DNA of 64,000 nucleotides from Thermoproteota archaeon (GTDB lineage Archaea; Thermoproteota; Bathyarchaeia; Bathyarchaeales; Bathyarchaeaceae), in NCBI GenBank assembly GCA_042565955.1, contig JBHORG010000004.1, positions 31,677 through 95,676 on the forward strand, written 5' to 3'. Shown here piece by piece: positions 1 to 10,510 of the stretch; positions within the stretch are counted from its first letter, which is position 1; every line of letters begins with the position of its first letter. Below the pieces are notes generated by a model. It was not told the origin of the DNA. It saw only the letters and a program-made list of their open reading frames with translations, and did no database searches. The translations under genes were made by a program, and so were the position numbers.

Positions 1-582
1 TTCTGCTTTTTCTTCGAGTTTATCTGTCTCTTTGAATACGGTTTTAAGCTGTCGTTTCATGATTCGTATTTCGTGGCTTAAACCAAAGAAATCAGCAAAA
101 AACTGTGTTGTTTTTATAACCCTTTTTCTTCCAACACCTTCACGAACGATCAACTCCATTTCTTCCAGTTGTTTAAGGTGTCCATATGAATGATGACCTC
201 TAACGTCGATGATTTGGGTCTGAAGAATTGGTTGCCTAAATGCAATATACGATAATGTTTTTAGTGGACCTGCAGACAGGAGTGGTCTAGTGGCTAATTT
301 TCTAACTTTTCCCGCAGTGTATTCAGTTTTTAGTTGCATGACGAACCGATCTCCTTCGAGTTCAAGAATTTCAAGGGCAGTATCACGGTTTTTGTAATTT
401 TCAACTAAAATTTTTGCGAGTTTTCTCATCTTTTTTTTAGATCGTGTTCCTGTTACATTACCCAATGTTTTTAAATCAAGTGGACGCCCTGCCACGTAGA
501 GCCCTGCTTCAAGTAATGCCAACTGCCTAATTTGCTTCTCCAGTTTGATTTCTTCAGATACTTTCTGTTCGTTTTCCGTCAA
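1..582 (-). CDS. scpB: Segregation and condensation protein B, 3' end outside window
   Basis: Not in ORF track. Read manually from TTG at 582 (AGGAG upstream): ...LALLEAGLYVAGRPLD...LSAGPLKTLSYIAFRQPI...IIDVRG...TTQFFADFFGL. Overlaps the scpA stop. Confidence 0.93.
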   Translation of the reverse strand, partial: MTENEQKVSEEIKLEKQIRQLALLEAGLYVAGRPLDLKTLGNVTGTRSKKKMRKLAKILVENYKNRDTALEILELEGDRFVMQLKTEYTAGKVRKLATRPLLSAGPLKTLSYIAFRQPILQTQIIDVRGHHSYGHLKQLEEMELIVREGVGRKRVIKTTQFFADFFGLSHEIRIMKRQLKTVFKETDKLEEKAE

Positions 583-1246
583 GGACAGGATCTCCTACGA
601 CTGTGATGTACAATTCTTCTATCTCTTCTTCTTGCCATAAACCTATTTTTCCTCTTTGGGCAAGGAAAAGAAGAATAATAAATGTTTTAATTGCTTCTAG
701 CTTTTCTAATCCTGCAACAAGTTTGGAGAATGCTATCAGTTCTCCGGTGCCTACAAGTTGGTGGAGCTGAGAATAAAGGGTCTTCATATGATCTTCGATT
801 TCGAGCAAATAGAGATCGACTGGCGCAAAAATTTCTGGAACTGGTAATATTGGTTGGGGCATTTTTGGGGGACGTATACTCTCACCTTTTAGCACATCAT
901 CTAGTACATTTAGTAAGTTGTCTAGGGTTGTTGAGGATAATTCGTACCGAAGTGGTAGAAACATTGGTGGTGGAATGAAATCTGGTAGCGTTTTAGGTGG
1001 TAGAGGTGGCTCCTCTAGTTTTAGTAATAACTTGGTTTTTCTGAGGTATATTGTACTGGAGGATTCTAGTGCTACGCCTGAGGCTCTAAAGTCTACTTCT
1101 CCTTGCTGTTCCATCTCATCCAAGAACATGTTTAGCAGATAGGAAATGTTGACTTCCCATGGCAGTACTTTTTCTAGTCTATGAATCTCAAAGAGTACAC
1201 TCAATGGAGGTTGGAAATAAAACGGTTTTTTCATTGTTTGAGGCAT
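554..1246 (-). CDS. scpA: Segregation and condensation protein A (kleisin)
   Basis: PWEVNI/DFRASGVAL N-terminal motif and C-terminal FIILLFLAQRGKIGLWQEE winged helix. Lies between smc and scpB. Confidence 0.92.
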   Translation of the reverse strand: MPQTMKKPFYFQPPLSVLFEIHRLEKVLPWEVNISYLLNMFLDEMEQQGEVDFRASGVALESSSTIYLRKTKLLLKLEEPPLPPKTLPDFIPPPMFLPLRYELSSTTLDNLLNVLDDVLKGESIRPPKMPQPILPVPEIFAPVDLYLLEIEDHMKTLYSQLHQLVGTGELIAFSKLVAGLEKLEAIKTFIILLFLAQRGKIGLWQEEEIEELYITVVGDPVLDGKRTESI

Positions 1247-4200
1247 CAGGCAGTTACCTCCTTTATTTTAGTTGATACCACATGAGAATGCCCATTGCGT
1301 TCATAGATTCCCCAAACTTTCTTAGCTTTACTAACCATCTCTGGCTTCAAACTAATAACTACGAACTGGGACTTCATGGACTCTTCAGAAAATAGGTCTC
1401 CTAATCTAGATACGTGTAGAGGGTCAAGGTGAGCATCAATTTCATCAAATACGTAAAATGCGGTGGGCATAAAGTCTTGAAGCGCAAAAATGAATGCAAC
1501 AGCAGATACGGATCTTTCTCCACTACTGGCTCCGCTTACAATGATAGATGCTTTATTTCGAAATTGAACATTCATATCCATTCCTCCTGCAAATGGATCT
1601 TCAGGATTATCAAGTATCAGAGTAGCTTCTCCACCACCTGTAAGTTTTGAAAAGTATCTTCTGAAACTATTATCGATTTTTTTGAAAGCTTCCATGAAGA
1701 CTTTTCGCTTTTTCTTTTCAATCTCCTCCATGAACGCTAGGATTGATTGTTTTTCTTTCTCAAGTTCGTTCATTCGCATTGATAATTCTTTGTACCGTGA
1801 CGCTTGCTCGGAGTAATGGTCTAGAGACAATTGATTTACTGCTCCGAGGCGATTCATCTCAAGCCGTAACAGTCTAAGGGATTTTTCTGCTGTAAATAGT
1901 TGTCCTGAAGAAATAGGCAGAGGTTCATCATAACCTAGTTCAGACAATCGCTGAGAGTGATGTTCCAGTTTCATTTGGTTTGATTGGAGGTTAAATTGGA
2001 GTTCGTTATACAACCTATCTGAACGTTCATACATGGAATCCAATTGGTGTAGCTTTTTGTCAATGTCATCAATTTGAACAATATATTTTTTAGATTCTTG
2101 TTTGGAATTGAGAACCGTTCGAGTCAATTCTTCTTTCGTGATTTCTAGTTCTAGAAGCTTCTTTTCAAGAACTTCTTTTTCTTTACTGGCAGATTCCACT
2201 TCGTTTTCTACAGTTACGCTTTGCGTTTTTAGTTTTCGCATCTGGATTCTAATGTTGTCTGAGCCTATTTTGAGAACGTTCCCAAATTTAGATTCGAGAG
2301 TGGCAAGATTTGTTTCTATGCTACCCATATTTTGTCGTAATCCTATAATTTCTTCTCCAAACTTTTCTCTTTGAATCTCAATCTCTTGAATTCTGGTGGT
2401 GTCTGTTTTCTGACGTAACTCATTTAATTCCTCGCGGAGTTTTTCCATCTCTTTTTTTTGCTCGTTACGTTGTATTCTTAGAACCCCTAGTTTCGTCTTT
2501 TCTTCTTCTCTTTTTTCATTTATTCTTGATAGATGCTTCTCGATACGTTTGACGTTTTGTCGTGTATGTTTAACATTTTGACGTATTCTTCTAATTTCCC
2601 CACCAAGAGTCACAATTGTTTCAGCCAAGCTGGTGATTTCCAATCTAATTGTTTCAACTTCTTCTTGGAAACCACTGATATCGTTCTCCCTTTTTGACAA
2701 ATGCCTCCGAAGAGCTCCCACGGCTTCGTCAAGACTTTTTACTGCTGACTCACTGGGAATGATGGAAGAATAGTCAACTGGTGCTCGATAATATCCACTT
2801 TCGAAACCGCCCTGTGCCTCGTAAAGGTCTCCACCAACAGTGACAGTTCGGTGACCGTTTCGCGAAGCAGCAAATGCAGTTTTTGCATCTTTTGTTACAA
2901 ATGTGTCTCCGAAGACAAATCTTATAGCCGGTTCAAATTTCTTGGAACACCTTACGAAATTGGAGGTAGTACCATTAATTCCCCTAATCATAGGGGTGCT
3001 GATGGCATTAATTTCGGACATTTCTTCAAGAGGAATAATTTTGATTCTACCCAATTTCATTCGTTTCAGAGTTTCAGCACACATGAATGCCGCATCAAAG
3101 TTCTGAACAACCATGGCATTAAGCCATCCTGCAGCAGTCGCTTCTACGGCTCGTTTGTATCCCACTTCTATTTTGATCAGCTTCTTGAGGCGCCCATGTA
3201 CACCTTTTATTACACCCAAATCCGCTAGCTCTTCAATATTTCTCAGTGCCGATTCTTCGGTTGCAACTTTTTCAACAATTTCCCTTTGAGTTGCAAACTC
3301 TATTACTGCTTCTCGTGCCGATTCAGCGATCTTCTCAGCTTGATCAATCTCTAACTTCGCAGATTCTTCTTGGGAGAGTCTTCTTTCTATTGTCCTTTCA
3401 AGATTTTTGGAACTATTTAACTGGTCTCTTTGCACCATCTTAAGGTCTGCGTATGATTTCTTGAGAGCAGTAAGGTTGGTTTCGAAGCTCTGCTTTCGTT
3501 TTACTAATTCATTTAGTTGACGTGTAAGAACCTTCAAGGAGATCCGACTCTGGATGACCTCACTGCGACGATTAAAAAGTTCTTGTGTGTGCTTTTCTAG
3601 CTTCTCCTCAATTTCCCTGATTTTTCTGCTGTTTTCTCCCAAACTACCTCGTAGTTGGGATGCTTCGTTTGAAACTGTATCATACTGAGATTGCTTATTG
3701 GCAATTTCCACTAGGAAACGTTGCCGCTCTCGTCTTAATCTTCGAATTTCCTTTCGGTTATCAGTAACCTCATGTTTCATAGATTCTAGTCTTTGGGTGT
3801 TATTTTCCATTACTTTTCTAAGTCCATCAACACTTGCTGTTCCAGATCCAATCTTAGTTGACAATTCGCTTATCTTCGATCGAACTTCCCCTATATCATA
3901 TTGAACTTCAAGAAGCCGCGTTCCACGCTCTTCAATCATTTCTGAACCAAGTTTTCGCCATTCTGCTTCAACTTCGTACCTCTGAGACCTAAGCTCTTCC
4001 CTTGATTGTCTTGAATTCTCAACTTTGTTCCGAACCGTATCTATTTTAGAAGTCACATCTTTTATCTTTCCCTGAACTTCTAAAATTTCACCGAAAATCT
4101 TCATAGCCTCAAATCGCTTGATTTCTTTTTGCAAAAACATATAACGAAGCAGTTCGTTTCTTTCTCTTTCCAAATCATCTACTCTTTGCTGTACCTCATC

Positions 4201-4797
4201 TATTCTACCCATTGCCGTTCGAATAGAAATATCGGCAGCCTGAAGTTTTTCCTCCGCGTCAGCTTTCTCGTCATCGTATTGTGCTATACCAACCAGATCA
4301 GATATCATTTTTCTTCGATCTTTTGGGGAAATTTCGGCAATACGTGAAATAATGCCTTGGTAAACTACATTGTGCCCTGTCGGGCTAATTCCTGCCATTG
4401 CAAGAATGTTAATAATATGTGCTCTTGAAATCCGTCTTCCATTGAGGCGATAAGTGCTTTGACCAGTCCTATTGAGTTCACGTGATATAGTTACTGTCTT
4501 TGTATCCACGGGTAAAAGATTATCAGAGTTGTCAAATTGGAGAACAACCTTGGCGATCTTTGCTTTTTTAACTTGTAAATCAGGATAACCGTGATAAACT
4601 AGTTTGGATAGGCTTGCAGCCCGCATTCTTCTAGCGCTGAGTTCGCCCAAACCAAAAAGAACCGCGTCTGCAATATTTGTTTTTCCGCTTCCGTTCGGTC
4701 CAGTTATGGCTGTGAATCGCTTATCTAAAGTAACGGTGGCGGTTTTTGATCCGAAGGACTTGAAGCCTTTAAGCTCAATTTTCTTAATGTAAGGCAT
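1246..4797 (-). CDS. smc: Chromosome segregation ATPase SMC
   Basis: GFKSF, Walker A GPNGSGKT, long coiled coils, hinge (GVHGRL...GRIKIIPL), Walker B FDEIDAHLD; 1183 aa. Confidence 0.98.
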   Translation of the reverse strand: MPYIKKIELKGFKSFGSKTATVTLDKRFTAITGPNGSGKTNIADAVLFGLGELSARRMRAASLSKLVYHGYPDLQVKKAKIAKVVLQFDNSDNLLPVDTKTVTISRELNRTGQSTYRLNGRRISRAHIINILAMAGISPTGHNVVYQGIISRIAEISPKDRRKMISDLVGIAQYDDEKADAEEKLQAADISIRTAMGRIDEVQQRVDDLERERNELLRYMFLQKEIKRFEAMKIFGEILEVQGKIKDVTSKIDTVRNKVENSRQSREELRSQRYEVEAEWRKLGSEMIEERGTRLLEVQYDIGEVRSKISELSTKIGSGTASVDGLRKVMENNTQRLESMKHEVTDNRKEIRRLRRERQRFLVEIANKQSQYDTVSNEASQLRGSLGENSRKIREIEEKLEKHTQELFNRRSEVIQSRISLKVLTRQLNELVKRKQSFETNLTALKKSYADLKMVQRDQLNSSKNLERTIERRLSQEESAKLEIDQAEKIAESAREAVIEFATQREIVEKVATEESALRNIEELADLGVIKGVHGRLKKLIKIEVGYKRAVEATAAGWLNAMVVQNFDAAFMCAETLKRMKLGRIKIIPLEEMSEINAISTPMIRGINGTTSNFVRCSKKFEPAIRFVFGDTFVTKDAKTAFAASRNGHRTVTVGGDLYEAQGGFESGYYRAPVDYSSIIPSESAVKSLDEAVGALRRHLSKRENDISGFQEEVETIRLEITSLAETIVTLGGEIRRIRQNVKHTRQNVKRIEKHLSRINEKREEEKTKLGVLRIQRNEQKKEMEKLREELNELRQKTDTTRIQEIEIQREKFGEEIIGLRQNMGSIETNLATLESKFGNVLKIGSDNIRIQMRKLKTQSVTVENEVESASKEKEVLEKKLLELEITKEELTRTVLNSKQESKKYIVQIDDIDKKLHQLDSMYERSDRLYNELQFNLQSNQMKLEHHSQRLSELGYDEPLPISSGQLFTAEKSLRLLRLEMNRLGAVNQLSLDHYSEQASRYKELSMRMNELEKEKQSILAFMEEIEKKKRKVFMEAFKKIDNSFRRYFSKLTGGGEATLILDNPEDPFAGGMDMNVQFRNKASIIVSGASSGERSVSAVAFIFALQDFMPTAFYVFDEIDAHLDPLHVSRLGDLFSEESMKSQFVVISLKPEMVSKAKKVWGIYERNGHSHVVSTKIKEVTA

Positions 4798-4940
4798 CTT
4801 TCTCTAATTCGCCCTCGGTTTTTTACATAGGCGGGAATTACCCTAATGTATGTCACAACTTTTCTGTAATATCTTCTATAAATAAGCTGTGTTTACAAAA
4901 GATGTTTAAACTAACTAATACAAAAGTTTAGACACTCTCT

Positions 4941-5459
4941 TTATCTGTTTTTAGAGCCACTAAACTGTTCTGCCATCCTTTTGATAAAGGATTTAATGTT
5001 CTCTTTGTTGCCATAAGCAATCATATGGCCGTTTTCTTGAATTTTGCAAGTAAGTTTACTGATTTTCACAAGTTTTTCTACTGCTTCTAAGGGTGTATCT
5101 TCTGATATTTGGATTCGCACCCAATTCTTATCTCTGGGAATGCCAAGAATTATTCTGGAAGCAGTTTCCATTTTTTCTTTCCGTTTGATTCTTTTTGGAT
5201 CTTTGAGTTTTTTCAGCCATTTTTCCACAGTTTTTATTCCTAGATTTTCCGCCGCAAAGATAGCGTAGGATTCGACGCTTCTCATGTACGTATCAATTCT
5301 AGAGATACTTTCTATGTGTGTTGGGTCGGCTTTTAGAACTTGGATTATTGTTTTGGCTGATCGTAAGTCGTTCATGATTTCTGTTGGTATCTTTTTGCCC
5401 CTTTTTTGAAGTTCTATGAGAAGGTCAGCCAATATTTTCCACTTCTTTTCGTAACTCAT
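4941..5459 (-). CDS. DUF2096-like archaeal protein
   Basis: W..LADLLIEL...IP.EIMNDLRSAK pattern and C-terminal GIPRDKNWVRI. Confidence 0.7.
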   Translation of the reverse strand: MSYEKKWKILADLLIELQKRGKKIPTEIMNDLRSAKTIIQVLKADPTHIESISRIDTYMRSVESYAIFAAENLGIKTVEKWLKKLKDPKRIKRKEKMETASRIILGIPRDKNWVRIQISEDTPLEAVEKLVKISKLTCKIQENGHMIAYGNKENIKSFIKRMAEQFSGSKNR

Positions 5460-5747
5460 CTTGATTTTCCTCTCACATTCGGGGCTTTTAATGCCTACTG
5501 CTAACTAAAAAGTCGTTAAGTCTCGGATAAAATAAAAGGTTATTCCCAGCTTCAGGAAATACCTTGGTCCTGTTAATAAGCTCTAAACTGATACGGGTTT
5601 GTTTAAGTGTGTCTCTGTAATGCTAGCCCAAGCTGCGTGCCAAAATATCACTCCAAACCATTTTTATCACTTACTCCCTGTAGCAAAAAAACAATAAAAA
5701 GTAAATACCCCCTTACCTCTTCGTATTCACCATTAGAGGAAACTAAT

Positions 5748-6671
5748 TTGCATATTACCCAAATAGGAACCGGAAGGGTCGGACGACCAACTGCTTATAC
5801 AATAATGTCCGCCAAATTTGCAGACACAATAACCGTCTGTGACACAAAACCTGGTCTAGCAAAAGCCTTCGCCGAAGAACTAAGACACGTAACTGTAAGC
5901 CTAAAACTAGATATCGAAATCATTGCTTGCGAAAGGGATGAAGATGTTGTTGGTGCCGACATAATCTTGATCTCAGCTGGAAAACCAAGAATTCCCGGAG
6001 TAAGGATGGGTAGACGAGACCTAGCAGTCCAAAACGGACAAATAGTAAAAAATATCACGAAATCAACGGCACCAAACAACCCAAACGCAAAATATGTTGT
6101 GATCACCAATCCTGTTGATGCCATGGCAATGGTCTGTAAGAAATATTCTGGAGCAAAATTCGTGATCAGCACAGGGACCAACCTTGAATCGTTACGATTC
6201 CGATCCAGATTAGCCCAATCCCTCAAAGTCCCAGTGTCTGCCGTGAAAGGCTGGGTTGGAGGAGAACATGGAAAAGACGCGATGATTCTATGGTCCACTG
6301 TTAAAGTTAACGACCTTTCCCTGAAAGAATATTTGAAAGAAAATGAAAAGGCGCTAAAAAAATCCGAAATTGATTTCTATATGAAGGAAATCTCAAAAAC
6401 GATTGTAGACGACATTGGAGGAACCGAGTATGGACCAGCAGCATCCTTCAGGGATATCACTAGAGCCATAGTCAAAAACACAAATGAAATCCTACCCATC
6501 GCTGCACCACAAAAATTTGAAGATTTACCTGAACCCATATTCGTCAGCATCCCCCGCCACCTCGGAAAAACAATTGGAGAAACCATATACGACGCTCTCC
6601 TAGCCAAAGAAAAAACTGGAATAAGAGAAGCAGCTGAGGCGATATATCAAACTTTTAAAACAACTATTTAA
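5748..6671 (+). CDS. Malate/lactate dehydrogenase family protein
   Basis: GTGRVG Rossmann motif, SAGKPR..G...R.DL, TNPVD, GEHG. Start moved to TTG at 5748, which has GAGG upstream. Confidence 0.9.
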   Translation: MHITQIGTGRVGRPTAYTIMSAKFADTITVCDTKPGLAKAFAEELRHVTVSLKLDIEIIACERDEDVVGADIILISAGKPRIPGVRMGRRDLAVQNGQIVKNITKSTAPNNPNAKYVVITNPVDAMAMVCKKYSGAKFVISTGTNLESLRFRSRLAQSLKVPVSAVKGWVGGEHGKDAMILWSTVKVNDLSLKEYLKENEKALKKSEIDFYMKEISKTIVDDIGGTEYGPAASFRDITRAIVKNTNEILPIAAPQKFEDLPEPIFVSIPRHLGKTIGETIYDALLAKEKTGIREAAEAIYQTFKTTI

Positions 6672-6742
6672 TAAACAATTTTTATTAGAGCAAACACCAT
6701 CTTTACCTTCTATCATTGTTAATGGGCGAGAGATGACTCACT

Positions 6743-8218
6743 ATGAGCGGCAAAAGTGAAGTATTAGTAATAGGGGCTGGTGTGGTTGGCTGTGCCATCG
6801 CAAGGGAACTAGCAAAGTTCAAAATTGAAACTGTACTGTTGGAGAAGGAGAACGATGTGTGTTGTGGTGTTAGTAAAGGAAACAGCGGAGTACTTCACAC
6901 CGGTCTCTACTACCCGAAGGGGAGTTTAAAGGCCAAGTTGTGTGTTGAGGGGCGGTTGATGTTTCCAAAGCTTGCGAAGCAACTTAATGTGCCCTATAAA
7001 CTATGTGGAAAACATGTAATTGCTAGAACCGAAGAGGAACTCAAAGACTTACAGGGCTTAAAAGCTGTGGGTGAAGGCAATGGAGCTCAGGGATTAACAA
7101 TAATCTCCGGAAAAGAACTGAAGAAGCGAGAACCCAACATAGACGCTCTCTCAGCTTTATATTCTCCTGTGGCTGGAATCGTTCTTCCCTATCTCTTTAC
7201 TATTGCCTTGGCAGAGAATGCTTTAAACAACGGCGTGAAAATTCACTTCAACACCGAAGTATTAACCATAAAGCAAGTAAACAGCGGTTATAAAGTAGCG
7301 ACAAATCAAAGAGTCTTCTACACAGACATTATCGTGAATAGTGCCGGTCTCTACGCAGATAGAGTCTCTGCCCTGATAGGTTTAGATAAGTACAAGCTCT
7401 ATCCATGTCGGGGTGAATATCTTATCCTCGACAAGAAGTGTCGTAATCTAATCAACAGCATGATCTACCCAGTACCGCCAAAAGTTGCAGGGGTTCTAGG
7501 GGTACACCTCACACCCACAATAGAAGGGAACATACTGATTGGACCTAGTGCCGAATTCATCAACGGGCAAGAAGACCTAAGAACAACCAAAGAGAAGATC
7601 GAACAGCTAATGAAGGGGGCGAAAAAGTTACTCCCATCCATCCCCCTAAACGAGATCATATACGGCTTCTCGGCAGTGCGATCTAAGATCACTCCACCAG
7701 AAGAGAAGGAGTCTCGTGACTTCATCATCCGAGAAGACCTTAGAAACTTCATCAATCTGATTGGAATCGAATCGCCTGGTCTCACGGCCTCTCCAGCCAT
7801 CGCAAAAATGGTCGTTCAAATGATTAAAATAAGAAAGGACATGAAAGAAAAAATAGACTTCAACCCAATAAGAAAAAGAACAACACCATTTCGCGAATCA
7901 TCAAGAATAGAACAAGCCTCCCTAATTAAAGGAGACCCAGCATATGGCGAAATAGTGTGTAGATGTGAACATGTATCTAAACGAGAAGTCCTAAACGCGT
8001 TAAACAATCCCTTTTTAGCAAGAACCGTATCCGCCGTAAAGTACCGCACCAGAGCCGGTATGGGTCGATGTCACGGAGGTTTCTGCCTACCCAAAATTGT
8101 AGAAATCCTAAAAGAGGAATATGAGATGCTCTCTGAAGAAATTAATCTGAAGAACTTGGACTCGTCTCTATTTATCGGAACAACCAAAGATCTGAGGGAG
8201 AAGGAAAAAAGTGAATGA
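6743..8218 (+). CDS. FAD-dependent oxidoreductase with C-terminal BFD-like [2Fe-2S] domain (GlpA-like glycerol-3-phosphate dehydrogenase subunit)
   Basis: GAGVVG, SKGNSGVLHTG, IESPGLTASPA; CRCE...GMGRCHGGFC. Confidence 0.88.
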   Translation: MSGKSEVLVIGAGVVGCAIARELAKFKIETVLLEKENDVCCGVSKGNSGVLHTGLYYPKGSLKAKLCVEGRLMFPKLAKQLNVPYKLCGKHVIARTEEELKDLQGLKAVGEGNGAQGLTIISGKELKKREPNIDALSALYSPVAGIVLPYLFTIALAENALNNGVKIHFNTEVLTIKQVNSGYKVATNQRVFYTDIIVNSAGLYADRVSALIGLDKYKLYPCRGEYLILDKKCRNLINSMIYPVPPKVAGVLGVHLTPTIEGNILIGPSAEFINGQEDLRTTKEKIEQLMKGAKKLLPSIPLNEIIYGFSAVRSKITPPEEKESRDFIIREDLRNFINLIGIESPGLTASPAIAKMVVQMIKIRKDMKEKIDFNPIRKRTTPFRESSRIEQASLIKGDPAYGEIVCRCEHVSKREVLNALNNPFLARTVSAVKYRTRAGMGRCHGGFCLPKIVEILKEEYEMLSEEINLKNLDSSLFIGTTKDLREKEKSE

Positions 8219-9464
8219 CTTCCCATCTAGAGATGTGGATCTAGTTATAATCGGTGGCGGTCCAGCAGGGCTCGCTGCAGCCATCAGCGCAAAAAAGAAT
8301 GGTGTTCAAGATCTGATTATTATAGAAAGGAACAACTGGCTCGGCGGCATCCTCCCCCAATGTATACACGACGGCTTCGGTCTTGAACTCTTCCAAGAAC
8401 CATTAACCGGGCCAGAATACGCTCAAAGATACATAGATGAGCTGAAGAAATTAAAAATTCCATACATGCTTAATGGCATGGTGCTTGAGATTACACCTGA
8501 AAAGAATGTATTTGTAGCTAACCCGAAGGATCTGTTTTGTTTCCACGCCAAAGTAATAATCCTCGCCATGGGATGTCGTGAACGAACTCGAGGACAGATT
8601 TGCATTCCAGGAACCCGACCTGCGGGGGTGTATACCGCAGGCGTCGCCCAGAACCTCATTAACTTAAAGAACATGATGGTTGGCAAAGACGTAGTCATCC
8701 TCGGCTCCGGTGACGTAGGCATGATCATGGCTCGCCGACTTACCTTGGAAGGCGCTAAAGTCCATGCTGTAATAGAGATCCTTCCTCACACCAATGGTCT
8801 ACCCCGAAACATTCAACAATGCCTCATCGACTACGAAATCCCCCTCCTTCTCTCTCACACCGTTACTGAAATCCAAGGGCTAAATCGAGTAAAATCAATC
8901 ACAATCTCCCCAGTAAACGACAATTTGAAACCAATCAGAGGAAAAGAAAAGAGGATCACCTGTGACACTCTCCTCCTCTCGATAGGCTTGATTCCAGAAA
9001 ATGACCTTGCAAAAACTTGTGGTGTTAAACTCAGCTCAGCTACTGGAGGAGCCATCGTCGATGAGAACCTTGAAACATCTGTACCAGGCGTTTTTGCATG
9101 TGGAAACGTTCTTCACGTCCACGATGTAGTGGACTTCGTTACTCTCGAAGCGGAAAGAGCAGGGAAAAGCGCAGCAGAATACATCCTCGGAAGGCCACGA
9201 AAGATGGAAAGAATCCAAGCAGTGGCAGGTAGCGGAATACGATACGTTCTACCTCAATTCATTCCTCGTGACACTGACCTTGAACTGTCGATTCGTGTGG
9301 CACGTCCTGGAGAAAGTATGTCCATCGGATTCTTCGATGGGGAAAAACTGGTGAAGACGGTAAAGTTTCGAAAGGTACATCCAGCTCAAATGATAAAGAT
9401 AAAACTAAAAAGAAGTGAAACCAGAGCTATTAACACATTAAGAGCTGAGGTATTACAGAAATGA
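8211..9464 (+). CDS. NAD(P)/FAD-dependent oxidoreductase, partner subunit
   Basis: GGGPAG, GGILPQCIHDGFG, AMGCRERTRG, FACGNVLHVHD. Overlaps the upstream gene. Confidence 0.88.
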   Translation: MNDFPSRDVDLVIIGGGPAGLAAAISAKKNGVQDLIIIERNNWLGGILPQCIHDGFGLELFQEPLTGPEYAQRYIDELKKLKIPYMLNGMVLEITPEKNVFVANPKDLFCFHAKVIILAMGCRERTRGQICIPGTRPAGVYTAGVAQNLINLKNMMVGKDVVILGSGDVGMIMARRLTLEGAKVHAVIEILPHTNGLPRNIQQCLIDYEIPLLLSHTVTEIQGLNRVKSITISPVNDNLKPIRGKEKRITCDTLLLSIGLIPENDLAKTCGVKLSSATGGAIVDENLETSVPGVFACGNVLHVHDVVDFVTLEAERAGKSAAEYILGRPRKMERIQAVAGSGIRYVLPQFIPRDTDLELSIRVARPGESMSIGFFDGEKLVKTVKFRKVHPAQMIKIKLKRSETRAINTLRAEVLQK

Positions 9465-9823
9465 AGAAAGAGATGATCTGTATCGGCTGTCCTCTGGGCT
9501 GCCCCCTCACCGTTGACTTCACCAAAAAAACAGTTAAAAGCATTAGTGGAAATCGATGTAACATCGGTTTAGATTATGCAGAAAAAGAGAGTTTCAATCC
9601 TGAGAGAACACTGACAACCACCGTGAGGATTAAAAACGGCCATCTCCCTCTAGTGAGCGTGAGAACCAGCAAGCCAATACCAAAAAACCGAATCTTCGAC
9701 GCTATGATCTTACTGGCAAAAGTTGAGATAGAGGCACCCATCAGAATCGGTGAGAAAATCATAGAAAATCTATTCGATACAAACACGAGTATAGTAGCTA
9801 CAAAGAACATCTCGAAAAAATAG
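9461..9823 (+). CDS. DUF1667-family Cys-containing small subunit
   Basis: CIGCPLGC...GNRC..G..YA..E...PERTLTTTV. Third gene of the overlapping trio. Confidence 0.85.
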   Translation: MKKEMICIGCPLGCPLTVDFTKKTVKSISGNRCNIGLDYAEKESFNPERTLTTTVRIKNGHLPLVSVRTSKPIPKNRIFDAMILLAKVEIEAPIRIGEKIIENLFDTNTSIVATKNISKK

Positions 9824-10236
9824 AGGTAACAACATGGTATGCGCGTCTCACTTATGTATAAGCAGATGTTTAATTTTATAGCTTAAAAGAAACAAGTCAA
9901 AGATCATTGGAGGTTTGATTGAACTACCTGAAGTAGCTGAGAACTTCAGAAAAGATTTTCAGTACTTTGTGAAATTATTACTAATGGCAGATGATTCAAT
10001 CAAATTTCATATATCCCTCATAAGTTATTTCGACCAAATGATTATTCTTTTATTTTCTGTGGTAAGCCCTCAGAACAAGAGTAAGTGTATAATCTAAAGA
10101 AATGATGGAGGAAGCAGAAGCAACTTACACTTATCCACCATGGGAAGAACCATGGAACAATATTCCATAAATAAAAAGATAATTTCGGAGGTAATTGATT
10201 TTAGGTTTTTCAAAAGTTTGAAATAGAAGAAGTGAT

Positions 10237-10314
10237 TGGTAGCGGGGAGTTGATTTGAACAACCGATCTCTGGGTTATGAGCCCAGCGGGTTCACCTGGC
10301 TACCCCACCCCGCT
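10237..10314 (-). tRNA. tRNA-Met(CAT), initiator type, CCA encoded, no intron
   Basis: Reverse complement reads AGCGGGG...CTGGG-CTCATAA-CCCAG...TTCAAAT...CCCCGCT-A-CCA. A1:U72 pair and three G-C pairs at the base of the anticodon stem. Confidence 0.96.
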
Positions 10315-10510
10315 ACATTTGGACTAAAAGCTCTTGCCAGACTGACTTTCTAGCCCGATGGGATACCTTTGTCGCACTCTTTCTTAAGCTTTGCTTTGTT
10401 CAAAGTTTCCTTTGGAGTTAAACATGGTTCTAGACTTGATTGCGTTTTTCAAGTGGAGAGAGATAATCATGTAACAATCCCTAAATCCAATAACTCTTCA
10501 ACCAAAATAT

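Noticed and set aside
9915-10170. Short ORFs beside the tRNA 3' end as an integrated element scar
   Set aside because: No duplicated tRNA 3' end (att site) or recognisable protein motif was seen.
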